Shown here piece by piece: positions 49,683 to 62,400 of a stretch of DNA of 64,000 bases; positions within the stretch are counted from its first letter, which is position 1, and each line of letters starts with the position of its first letter. Location: contig JAAOMT010000633.1 in the NCBI GenBank assembly GCA_016748015.1, positions 9,112 through 73,111 of the forward strand. Direction: 5' to 3'. The stretch comes from Geosiphon pyriformis uo1. Taxonomy: Eukaryota > Fungi > Glomeromycota. The notes beneath the pieces were generated by a model. That model was not told where the DNA came from and did no database searches. It saw nothing but the letters and a program-made list of their open reading frames with translations. Position numbers and translations under genes: made by a program.

Positions 49683-52600
49683 TCACAGAGATAAGTGTTG
49701 ATTTGGGCAAGATATTGTTCTTGTTTTTGTCGAATAAGGCATAGTTGTTGGTAGTAGTCCTGGAATTTGTCTACTGGGTCAAACATGTTGTAGCTGGTGA
49801 CTTCGTCAGCTACTTCAGCTGACTCTTTCCAATATCATATTTCTTTGGCAATTCCTCCTCTTATTTTGGTCTGTGCAGTGTTACACAACTCGTCTTTGTC
49901 ATGTGGGTAATGCTGTAGTTTTTTTAATGCTCTATTAAACACTGCTTTGAACAGCATTCCTCCTTTTACCCAGTCACAGATGAGAATTATGTATTGGCAA
50001 GTTGTGTCACACATTCCTTCTCTGCCTGGTATGTTGTTCTAGTTGCACCCTCTTGGTAATGGTTCTCCACAAGCAAGGCATGGTTTTTCATTCCATTTTC
50101 CATGTCTTTCTGGGTAATCGTATTTTTTTTTGTTACAACAGTTACAATAGTAATGGGTAAGATTTCTTGGGTCTTCATCTGGTATGCTGCACACAGTCAT
50201 AGATTAGAGTTTCTTCTTGCAAACCAAACATTTTAGCTTTGGTCTGCATTGCTGGTGGTTTTTTCATGGATTTATTTAGTTCTATTTGGATCTTTCTTTA
50301 CTGGTCCATATTAGTATGGCTGGTAGTTCTGTTTTTTGGTCATCAGTCCAAGAGAGCTGATAGGTTTCGATGCTGGTAGTGCTGGATTTTTCTCAAATTC
50401 AATGATAGGTCTTTGGTTGGTGCTGGGTTTTTGGAAGTGGCCACAGGTGGCTGGAATTCTGGCCTGGTGGCCATTATAATTGATCAGAAGCTCTTGGGTG
50501 GTCCAGTCTAAGGTGGCATTGGCTTTTGTTAACCAGTCATTTCCTACTAATGTTTGATATTATGTAGCATCCATTATTAATACTTTTGTAGATATTACTA
50601 TGCCATTAATTTTGAAAGGAAATGAGTAGATTTTGTCATGAGACAGCTTTGTACTTCCATCGGCTGTTATGATTTGGGATGTCGCAGCATGATTAACTTT
50701 GAAACCCAGTTGGTTTACTAGTTGAAGCATTATGATGCTTCCAGTAGATCTGCTATCTAAGATAAGTTTGATTGAAGTATTGTTTACAGTGGCTTCTATA
50801 TACATAGCAGTAATTGGGCATTTTTTGTTCAATGCTGCTCCACTGAACATAGCCTCATTTTTCTTTAATTCAAAAGGAAAAATAGCTGTGAGACTGCTAT
50901 CTTTGGTGACAACTGCTGGTAGTATTGTTTGGCTCAATTTGTTGAAGGAATTTTCAGTTCTGTTTATGTTTCAACTATCATTGTTTCTAATAATCAGATT
51001 TTCCAGTATATTAAGATAAGTTTGTTGATAATTTTGGTAGTTTAGATTGGTTTACTGACTGGTTCCGGCATGGTTTGAATTCCTCTGGACCAATGCATTC
51101 TGGTTCCACATGGGCTGATTTCAGGGCTCAGAACACCAATTCGGGTTGGCTATCATGGGCTGTTGCTGGTAAGTTTTTTGATTTTAATACATGGTGGGAT
51201 ATTGACATGGTATTGGCATATACTAGTTTCTGGGCATTTGGGGTGGCATGTAATAATTATTTTCATATGCTTCTTGCATCATTTGCATTCAATATTGATT
51301 AATCAAATGTTCTATGCATTTGCAAAAATGGCAGATGTGCATTTCTGTTCTGAATTCCTGGTGTGATAAATGATTATTTCAACTGTTGCTGACTTTCTGG
51401 CTGTATCTTTGGAGTGGTTGGTATGTATTTCTTCTTGGATCCAAGATGAGGTAACTTTCTATTTTTTTAGAGAGTTTTTTCCCTAATTACATTACTCTTT
51501 TCTCTAATGTTTCTGTCTTATTTTCCTTCATTATTATGTTAGCTATTTGACTATGATTAGCTTCTTTCTCAGCTGATTTAAGGGCTCTGGTGAGTGTAAT
51601 GGCTTCTGGTAAAGAATTAGGGTGGGCAGGGCATACTCTTTCTAAAATGCTGTTTTTTAATCATTTAATAAACTGATTTAAAACCTGAGGATTAGTGTAG
51701 TATCCTTGTTCAATCATTTTAATCTAATGGCAAATTTGATTGAATTGAGCAAGATATTGGGTGACAGTTTTACCAGTACCTTGCTTGATAGTATTGAATT
51801 TGTTCTGTAGTTGGATTATAGCATTTGGGTCGCTAAAATACTCCAGGAGTGCATTTTTAAATTTGGTGAAGCTCGTGGATTTTGTTTATAGGCTTTGATA
51901 CCACAAATCAGCTGTGCCTTTTAGGAAGAAAGATAATGTTTGAATTGCTCTTTGGTTATTCCAGTTATTTGTCTGGATGGCTTTTTGTGCTTCTCTGAGT
52001 CACATGTGTATGTCCGTTTCTTCTTCCTCTCCTGAGAAATCTGTTAGTCTTGTAATGTATGGTGTGGCCATTTTGTTGCCATTTTCTGCTGGTGGGCTTA
52101 TTGGTCTAAGAAAAAGTGGGATAATATTTCCTTAAGTGTTCCTAAAGATGGCTTCCCTTATATCCAGTTCTTCCTCTTGATCACAAGTTTCTTGGTTTCT
52201 GAACTGGCTGCTTGTTCTAGTGACTGGTTTTGTGATTGTTTTTTTGCTGGTCTCTTTTTCAGATTCAGATTCAGACTTTTCTTTATGGTTTTCAAAACCC
52301 GTTCCAAATTTTGGCTGAAAAAGAAAGTTTTGGAATAATGATGAATATCCTTCTGTAATTAGTATGTCTTTCCAGTTATGTTGTTTAATTTTATCAGTAT
52401 AACTAAAAGTTCTTGGCATTTGTAGAGTTGATATTAATGATGATACAGCTCCTAATGGAATTTGTATCTTATTTTCTGGTAAAAAATGGTATGATTTATT
52501 TTCTGGTGAATAAATACATTGTTTTTTTATTGATTGAATGACAGTTTTCTTTGGTGTTTGAGCAGGTGTTCTTAGTTTTTGCTGGTTACTTTTCTGATTA

Positions 52601-52950
52601 GTTCCTAAATTTTTTTTGGTTTTGTTGGCATGTTCTTTAGTGTTTTCTGTGGATATTGGAAAATTTTTGTTGGTGTATTGCTTAATTTCTCAATGGATTT
52701 TGACAATAGTTGCAGCTATTACTGCTACTTCCTTTGTAGTGTATTGTGATAATTCTCTATACAATCCAAGTTTTGAATCATGTGGTTCTTCTTCATTTTT
52801 TATATGATAATTTATTCTGGCATTGATATAATAAGTGAGGGCAGATTTTACTAAACAACACCCTTCTAGAAATCCAAGATCACTTTGATTTTGTGTGTAA
52901 ATAGCATGGCAGAATTCAAAAACAGTAAGGTTAGAGGTTTTTGTTGCCAC
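49683..52950 (-). pseudogene. gag-pol: E3 ORF1 part 1: Gag, protease, Cys-rich domain
   Basis: Colinear with E6 28459-31340; LILDSRSTGS. Supplies the Gag N-terminus hidden in the E6 gap. Confidence 0.9.
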
Positions 52951-53031
52951 TTTTGTTTCTTCTTTTTTAGCAATAAATTATTGCTAATTATTATTTTTTT
53001 TTGATTTTCTTTTTTTGTAGAGTTCACCAAA

Positions 53032-53415
53032 TGTCATGAGATGGTTTTCTTAGAATATTTAATTTAAAAGTATGATTTAAAGTGGAGTTGGATAAATTGG
53101 ATCTCTTGTTTGATAAGTTATGATTTTTATTACTTGATTGACTTTTCTCAATATTAAAGCTATTGTATATATACATGTTTGTAGTTCTATGAGAAAACAC
53201 ATTGTAATACTTTCTTTTTAATATTTCAACCTAGTGTTTGCTGCTATCACCAGTTGGTGTTGGCTGCTATTGTGAACTGGTGCTTACTACTATTGTGAAA
53301 TAGTGTTTGCTATTATGTTAATCATTACCTTTCTAAGATTATTACTGTGCTATATTATGATTGAATAGTTTATATTATTTTTATGATTCTTTTTCTAAAT
53401 TTTTAAACTGTAACA
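53032..53415 (-). repeat. E3 5' LTR with a ~490-bp internal deletion (384 bp left)
   Basis: Both LTR ends are present; the junction lies in a 19-bp direct repeat (14553 and 15039 in the intact LTR). Confidence 0.88.
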
Positions 53416-55004
53416 GTATTAAAATCTCATCAACAAACCACTAAACTTTAATGCATTTAAAACCACGTTTCTACAGCATTTTAGTGATAATAATAGTATT
53501 AACTGCCTAGCCAATAGTTTTACTACAATCAAATAAGGTAATATCAAAGCAGTTATCACTTACTTGGAACACTTCTACAAAATTCTGTGCCAAATATAAC
53601 CCATTGAAGCTGACTACTTTACAGTATCACAGATTCTAAATTAGTTCATCTATGAATTGTACAGTAGCTTGCTACAGAAAGTATGTCCAATGCACCCAAA
53701 TACACTTTAAAATGCAGTTACACATGTCTGAAATTTCAAATCAGCAAAGTTAAAAGCCAACTACAGCCAAGCCATAAATTTAGTAATGAATAAATTATCT
53801 GGATTAGATTCCAAATTAAAACAATTCAGTGATTTAATCAACCAGAAATTGAAAGAATATTTAGCTAACAGTCAGGTCATTTATCAATCTCTATAACAAC
53901 ATAATAATCAAGGAAACTCAAATTATTTCCAAAATCAGTCATGTCTTTTATCATCAACCAATTAACCATGGCAGTCAGAAATGTGTATTTGCCACAATTG
54001 TAATAAACAAAGTTACATCAGAATCAACTGCTATTATAATGGAAATTTATGATTGAAAAATTAATATTAAAATCTTGATTGCCAGTTTTAAACTCCAAAT
54101 TATTCACCAAATCAAAATCACTATCAATCCTATTACCCATTCATAACACAACAAATATATTCATCTCCTATATATCAAACTCCAGCACCAGTAATATATT
54201 AACCACAGCCACAAATTATCTATCAACTTTAACAACTTCAAACACTATCACAAATTGCAGCTCAGATAACACCTAAAAATCAAAGGCCAAGAGTAATTTA
54301 GAACTGAAAATCAGTAATAGTTATTCATTAGCTGATTTCAAGCTTCTTAAACCAACCATCAAGATCACACCAGTAAAGTTCAGAAACTGGATATGCCCAA
54401 AACCCAAATTCCCAAAACTATTTAAGTCTTCTGATTACTTCAAAAAACACCAAACTTAGCAAACAAGAACCCAATCAAACTCAACTATTCACTAACAACA
54501 TACTTCTAGCAATTATCACTGAAAACAAATCACTTACTGCTATCTTTCCTTTTGAACTCAAAAAATCAGTCAAAATACTACTATTCAGTAAAGCCACCCT
54601 AAAATCTAAATCCATTACTGCAATGTATATTAATATAAAAGTCAATAGCCATCTTATCAAACTTATCTTTAATAATGGTTTAGCAAACAGCATTATTACC
54701 AAGCAACTCATGGACCAATTAGGTTGTCAAGTTGATCATGCTGCCAGCACCCAAATTATCACTGCTAATAAAGCAATAAAGACTAATATTATGCTTGACT
54801 GGAATATTCAGAAGCTATAACTTAGTCAAAACAGTCAACACATTCGAGTATCAACCACTTGTGGTTATTTTAAAACTACCACCAATGAACAGCCACTAAT
54901 TGAGTTGGAAGAAGAAAAAAAAACCTATCTGGGAAACATATCAGGTATCATAGATTAAAGAAGAACACAATGAATTACCTCCAGTACCTACATAGAAAGA
55001 AAAG

Positions 55005-55069
<65 letters not shown>

Positions 55070-58040
55070 ATCTAGACAACTACCTCTACATATATTTTAT
55101 ACAGCACTACTACTCAATGCCAGCCAAACTATTATTGACCAAAATTAATTTGCATCAATTGTGACAAGAAATTGTTAACAATAGGTGCATATTATGGCAA
55201 TAATAAGAAATGACTAATAGTTACCAAATACTATTGCTACTTATATATTTTTGAATGCTTTAGACAACTAAAAAAACAAGGAAAATAAGACAACAAACCA
55301 TGTCTTGCTTATGGGAAAACTCTTTTAGACAAAGAAATATGAAATGACATTTCTGGTCATAAAGAAATATGTAATAAATTGTATTAATATATGATTCTGA
55401 TTAACAATTAAATAAGAAAAAAAATACCCATAAATGCTGTTTGAAAAAGAGCTGTAAAATGACTGGATAGTTGTTCATACTATAATGACAAAATATGGAA
55501 AATAGCAATCACCAAAATCGAAGATGTAACATCAAAAAAATAAAAATAATAAAAAACAACTCACCAAAACCAAAAGAGATCATTTGGGTCCCAAATTCAA
55601 ATATTATTCTTAATATAATGAATTTTGAACAATTCCATAAACACTACCAAGAATTAGCACTTATTAAGGAAGAATAAGAACAACATTTAGAAAAGCTAAA
55701 TACTTAACTTTGTGACTACTGTTTAATATTATGTAACTTTTAATATTGTAATAAGTGTGATCTCATTTACAATCCACTACTATATATAATCTACATAATT
55801 CCCAAAGAGGAAAAACCAATCAACAATTGTGTCTCAGAATCAGAATTGAAGTTCAAGCCCAATTCAAACTCTAATAATGATAACAAAAACAATAGTTTCA
55901 GCTCAGTCCAAAATAACAATACTGATAACAATAATTCAAACTCCAATTCAAACTTAGAATTATACATTGCACTTCCTAGATCTAGTTTAGCAAAAAAAGA
56001 AATCAACATTAGAAAAAGAATAATTGATACAGAATATATAAAAAATATTATTGCAATGCTACAAAATGACTCAGAAAAAGAATATATCATTAAATCAAAT
56101 AAGAAGATAGCACAAGCAATATTCTTATCTCTAGTGAAAATAGCTTAATTAGTGCTAATAGAAAAAAGGAAAGAATTAGGAATAACAGCAAAAGAGATAA
56201 GTGGATTTAGATCCATAAGGTGAATAGACATACTAATTAATATGACAGAGGAAAAAATTATTAACAAAAAAAAATTATCTTCACCTGTCAATTAATTTTC
56301 ATTCTGTTATATGGCCAATACATATTAATCATAAAAAAGAAAGTAAAAGATCAGACTTAAATTTTTGAAATAGAAACTACAATTTGTAAATCAGGAAAAA
56401 TTGGACTTACTAATCTTTACATACTAGCCAAAAGCTCTAAACACATAAAAATTTTTATTTACAATACAACAGGAAAGATTATTGAAATATTAAGCAAAAC
56501 TATCATTGAATACTTAAGCACCGAAGTTGAAAACCAACCATCAAGCACTATTCCAAATTTTTCACAACTTTGCTAATATGTGGATATCACATCACAAATA
56601 ATATACAGACAAAAATAATGTTATTTGCTCCAACCAGAACAATTAAAACAAATAAACTTGAAAAACTTAAACCTACTCCAACAGATGCAGCTCAAAATAT
56701 TGCTTAACAATTTTACTGATATCTTTGCCAGTAAAAATAAATTCAGCAGAACCAACATTATACAACATCAAATCAAAACTGGAGACATAATACCAATCAA
56801 ACAATGAGCATACTGAGTGCCACCAGCCAGCCATAAAATCATCTGACAAGAAATTAACAGAATGTTGAACAATGAATTAATTCAATTATCAATAAGTTTA
56901 TGGTCATTACTGGTAGTACTAATCCATAAAAAATTCACTTTTGTGTAAATTATAGAAAACTCAATGATATAACTTGTAAAAACAGCTATCCCACTCCACA
57001 AATTCAAGAATTATTTGATGCTTTTGAAAGAAAAAAATGGTTTTTTACTTTAGACTTGAATAATAGTTACTGGCAGATAGCTATGAATCCAGTTAACAAA
57101 AAGAAAACTGTGTTTACTACCAGAGAAAAAAATTTCGAATTTGAAATCATGCCATTCAGTTTTACCAATGCTCCAGCCACATTTTAATGACTGATAGAAA
57201 TTGTTTATACCAGACTGCTATAGAAAACAATAGTTGTATATTTGAATAACACCAATGTGTTCTCAAGAACATTTAATAATTATTTGTATCATCTCTAGTA
57301 AGTGTTTAAAAGATTGCAAAGAGCAAGATTAAAACTAAATGCAACCAAATGCTTTTTTGGCAAAACAGAATTAAAATTTTTAGGACATATTGTAAACAAA
57401 AATGGCATTAAGACAGATTTAAACAAGATTGAGATTGTTAAAAACTTTTCAGTATTAACCAATATGACAGAACTACAAACATTCTTGGAATTTACGGAAT
57501 ATTACTGTTATTTTATCCAAAACTTCTCCAAACTGGCTCAACCACTCTACTAGCTTCAAGCCAAAAATGTAAAATATAAATAGAATAAAACACAACAAAA
57601 AGCTTTTGACACTTTAAGAAAAAAGCTCATTTAAGCACTAGTATTAATTTATTTAGATCACAACAAACCATTCATTATTACCACTAATGTATCTGGTCAA
57701 ACATTGGGAGCTGTACTATTTCAGAGAGAACCAGATGGACAAAAACATTCAGTAATATACACCAATTGAAGTTTGAGTCCAGCTGAAAAGAACTATGAAA
57801 CACTGGCACTAAAACACTTAGCTATCTATTGGGCAGTCATGAAATAAAAGGAATATTTAAGCCAGAAATTCAATATATACTGATTACAAAAGATTAACAT
57901 CAATTTAAAAGTAAAAATTTGGAGATAACTACCACACCAGATAAAAAATAAAACTTTCACTATTCAAATATATAGTACATTATAAAAAGAGAAAAGAAAA
58001 CAAAAATGCTAACAGCTTATTATAAATGAGACAAATCTAA
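53416..58040 (+). pseudogene. gag-pol: E2 ORF1 part 2: capsid to RNase H, heavily decayed, with deletions in PR and dUTPase
   Basis: Colinear with E5; RSSLAKKEI, KIAQAIF, KCFFGKTELKFLGH; ends MRQI* at 58040. Confidence 0.88.
55005..55067. repeat. 63-nt poly(A) run inside E2 ORF1
   Basis: Occupies the position of the purine-rich Lys/Glu tract seen in E4, E5 and E7. Confidence 0.9.
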
Positions 58041-58070
58041 CAACATTTCAACCCAAAAATATAACAAAAG

Positions 58071-58572
58071 ATGAATACACAAAAATATCAACAACTTTAG
58101 CAATATATTAATACTCAAGAGTTTAAGAAAAAATTATCTCAAAAAAAACAAAACAACATAAAACAACAATCAAAATATTTTATTACTTAACAAAATATAC
58201 TATATTAGAAAAACAGAAAAAATTCAGATTAATTACTCAGAGTAATCACAGAATCAGAGAAAAAAACAATACTATATAACATGTACTTAGATTCAACAAC
58301 AGAACATTTTTATAAAGAAGCAACTATAAAAAAAACTAAGAAAAGATATTATTGGCCATCAATGTATTCAGACATTATCTAATATATTCAAAATTGTGAT
58401 GCTTGTCAAGGAAAAAAAGAAACAAGATCCAGCAAACTATTAAGACCAATTAAAGTGAGACAAATATTTAATAAAATTGGAATTGACTTAGTTGAACTAT
58501 AAACAATAACCAACAAAGGCAATTAGTATATAGCAGTAGCTATGAACTATCTTATAAAATAACCAAAGGCAA
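58071..58572 (+). pseudogene. int: E2 integrase N-terminal part, interrupted by E7
   Basis: MNTQKYQQL, YYWPSMYSDII...NCDACQ, IGIDLV. Confidence 0.85.
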
Positions 58573-59368
58573 TGTTACTCATAGAATATAAGAAACATAT
58601 ATTAGAATAAATTAGCCAATAGTAAATATGAAATTCCAGGATTTTTCTCAAAAAGAATTCCAGAAATTTCAGGATTCTCATATAAGAAATCACAGGATTC
58701 CTGGTGTGAGGAATTAAGGAATTGAGGAATCAAAGAATCTTAATTATATATATATAGCAGTAGTATTAGAAAGAGAAAAAAACAGAATTTTTTTAGTTAG
58801 AGACCTTTCAGTTTAGATCTGATCTAAGCAATCTTCTATTCACAAATATCAATAAATAATTATTCACTATTTCAATCTATTCTTCACTATCAACACTTCA
58901 TGTTGATAGTAATTGATACTTAACTACACAGAAACAATAGCTCTTAATTATGGCTATTAACAGGATACTAACTTGCAATTGCTTTTGTTTATTTCTTTAT
59001 CTTCTTTTATTTTCTTTATTTCCTTTGTATTTTTTGTTGATTGACTAATTGATTAAAAATTAAAGCACTGAATTACAGATGTCATAGAAACTAGTAAAAA
59101 ACCTGTGAAACAAGGGTAGGACATTTATAGATTTGAGAATAGTTTACCAGGAGGATTACTGGTCACCATGCTGAGAAAAAAATTTGATAGAATTGCAATT
59201 CTGGGAGGCTACTGAAACAACTATTAAATCTCTGTTCATTATACAAAAAACTCTACAACAAAACCTTCAGATCAATTAAACCTTCAGAGATCAACACCAG
59301 AATACCAACCAAGCACCAAGTTACGGATTTATTATTGGTTTTGAGACCCCAAATAAACATCTGTAACA
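58573..59368 (+). repeat. E7 5' LTR (796 bp)
   Basis: tgttactcatagaa...ctgtaaca; homologous to the E4/E5 LTRs. Confidence 0.9.
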
Positions 59369-59430
59369 TTTGCTGCTCCTTGTAAGGTATAATTCTACAG
59401 AGAACCAGCACCAACAACAATCATCCAAAA

Positions 59431-62400
59431 GTGACAGAATCAAAAATCATAGAAGCAAATCATTTAAGATTTGCCAAATCCTTGTTTTAACAGTACAGCC
59501 AACAATTAGGATTAAACAATAACCACTTCCCAACAGAATCAGTCTTTAACTTCTATGTCAATAATAAAATCACAAACTGCTTAGAAGAAATAGTTGATAT
59601 TGAATTCGTAAGAGAAAACTTTTATACAGAATTATTTCAACACACCAGCTTACCAAAAAACTACAGTTTCACACCAATTATCAGAGAAATCAATTAAACC
59701 ATTGAAAGGTATACACAACAACAATTTTTTATCACCTACACAAACAAAGGCAAAGGAAGATTGCAAACACCAGCAGTAACACCAAAACAAATACAACCAC
59801 CCACTTGGAAGAAAACCAGAATTGAATCACTAACAAATCCAATATACCACTATACACCCAGAAGTGTCATTAACATCTTATTAACAGATGTGTCCACATT
59901 ACGCACAACATCAACATTTGAATGACTCTTATTTCAAAATAAACAAAAGAAAGCAGAATTACTAGAAACCTATGGCAATTATTTTGAAGGATTTAAATTG
60001 TGATCGCCAATGCCATCAGGATTCTGATCACCATCACTTCAATTTGATTTCAGAAATGCAAGTCTCTGGGAGATAATGGAATCAGAAAAAAAAGAAAAAA
60101 AAGAAGCCAAAGATCAAGAATTTACTTACCAAAACCCAATTTTAAAAAACTTGAACATTAAAGCCCCGAACTTTCAGATTCAGCAAGATCCAAATTTAGA
60201 AAATCCAGAAGTTGAAACTCCAAATTTTCAAACTCAGCAAAATTGGAACAATCAAAACCCCAGCATTAATAATCAACAACACTTACCCCCAGTAATCATC
60301 ATCGATCAACTACCAATTGAACCAATTATTGAACCAATTTAATAGCAACCACTTCAACCACCCCAACAATCACAACAGCCACTGCAACAGCCATAACCAC
60401 TACTTCAACAACAGCAACAACAATTCATGGCATTTGCACCAATTGCAAAATTGGAAAAATTCACCAGCAAAAAAGACAATGTCCAGGTGTGAATCAATGA
60501 CATCACCAAAGCAATTATGGCAAATAACTGGAATGACAACAGAGTCTTCCAAGCAATTCTATACTTTTTTCAAGATACTGCCAACTCATGATATCAAAGT
60601 TTAGCCACCAAACCTTAAACATTCCAAAAATTCAGAGTTGTATTCTTGGGATACTTCAGTAATAATAACAGTATTAATTATCTAACCAACATCTTCATCA
60701 CAATTAAACAGGGAGAAACTAAAGCAGTTACCATTTACTTGGGATGTTTCCACAGGAATTTGCACCAAATTCAAGCAATCTAAGCTAACTATTTTACAGC
60801 ATCACAGATTCTAAACCAGTTCATCCATAGACTGTGCAGTAGTCTTCTTCAATGCATATGCCCAATGCACCCACAAACTTTCCAGAACACAGTCATCAAT
60901 GTAAAAGATTTTGAATTGGCAGAACTTAAAACAAACCATGCCCAAGCCATTAACCTGGTCATAAATAGATTATCTGACTTGGATTCCAAATTGAAACAGC
61001 TTAGTGATTCAATTAATCAGAAATTGGAAGGATACTTAATTGACAATTATGCAATTTATTAGCCATCTCAATAATGTAATAATTCTGGAAGCATAAATCG
61101 CCCACTAAATCAGTTGTGTCCATCATCTTTAACCAATCAGATATGACAGCAAAAGATGCATGTTTGCCATTATTGTGGTAAACAAAAACATTTGAGAATT
61201 GACTGTAGGTTAAAACTAGATAACTAACAATCGGAAAATCAATATCAAAACTCTAATCACAGGTTTCAGATTACAAATTATCAATCAAACCCAAAACTGT
61301 ATCAACCAAATAACCTACTTATAACACAACAGCCAATTTATTAACCACCAGTTTATCAGCCAACAACACCAGTAATCTATCAACCACAGTCCCAGTTTAT
61401 CTATCAGCCACAGCCTCAAGTAATCTATCAACCCCAACAAATTCAAACACTGCCACAAAACTTACCTCAAAACAGAACCCAAAGGCCAAGACTGACACAA
61501 CAGAGCTGAAGATCGTTAATAATAGTCCATCAACTGATTTCCAGTTTCTCAAACCAGCCATCAGGATCTCGACAATAAAATTTAGGCACTGGGTATATCC
61601 AAAACCCAAATGCTCAACAGTATTTAAGTCTTCTGATTACACCAGAAGATGCCTCACCCAACAATCAGGAATCCAAACAGAAGTAGCTGCTTACCAGTAA
61701 TATTCCACCAGCAATCATCTCCAATGAAGATATTCCTAGCAGCTATTTTTCCTTTTGAACTAAAAAAAACCACACCAGTCTCATTATTCAGTGAAGCTGC
61801 TCTTGACACCAAACCAATCACTGTCATATACATTGATGTGAAAGTTGATAGTCATGCCATCAAACTAATTCTAGACAGTAGATCAGCTGGCAGCATCATT
61901 ACATGACAACTCATAAACTAATTAGGTTGCCGAGTTGATCACACTGCCAGTACATACATAATCACTGTTGATGGAGCAACTAAAACTCCAATCAGCAAGA
62001 TTAATGACTTTTCTATAGAGATCAATAGCATTATTGTACCAATCAAAGTATTATTTATGGAGACTACCCAATAGCAAGCACTCATTGATAATGATTGGCT
62101 GTTTAAAGCCAACACAATGCTTGATTAGAACACCTAAGAGCTCCAGATTAGTCAAAACAGTTAACATCTATGTGTACCAGCCATGTGTGGCCACTTCAAG
62201 TCTATCAACATAATATTAGCTCCACTCATCAAGTTTGAAGAAAAGGAAAAGAAACCTACCTGGGAAGCCTACCAAGTCTCCTAGACTGACACAGAACACA
62301 ACAAACTACTGCCAATATTATCATAGAATGACAAAAGAAAGGAAAGAAGAGAAGAAGAACTTACTGGAAAAACCAACCAAAGTTATTGGGACAGTAATAG

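Larger units (their letters stand above)
14539..53415 (-). mobile_element. E3: Ty3/Gypsy element, family alpha; own sequence 14539-20023 and 49683-53415
   Basis: Paired LTRs, TSD GTAT/GTAT, PPT at 15413-15427, PBS-like site at 53017-53029. Colinear with E6. Confidence 0.93.
12640..58572 (+). mobile_element. E2: decayed Ty3/Gypsy element, family beta; own sequence 12640-14538 and 53416-58572, remainder beyond the window
   Basis: Gag reads TANLWY up to 14538 and resumes (Q)NLINKP at 53420 after a duplicated GTAT. IN is cut by E7 at 58573. Confidence 0.9.

Noticed and set aside
55005-55067. Poly(A) tail of a LINE or retrocopy; poly-Lys ORF 54970-55164
   Set aside because: Both flanks are colinear with ORF1 of sibling elements and there is no inserted body or TSD. 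It is better explained by G>A decay and slippage of a Lys/Glu tract, or by a homopolymer error.
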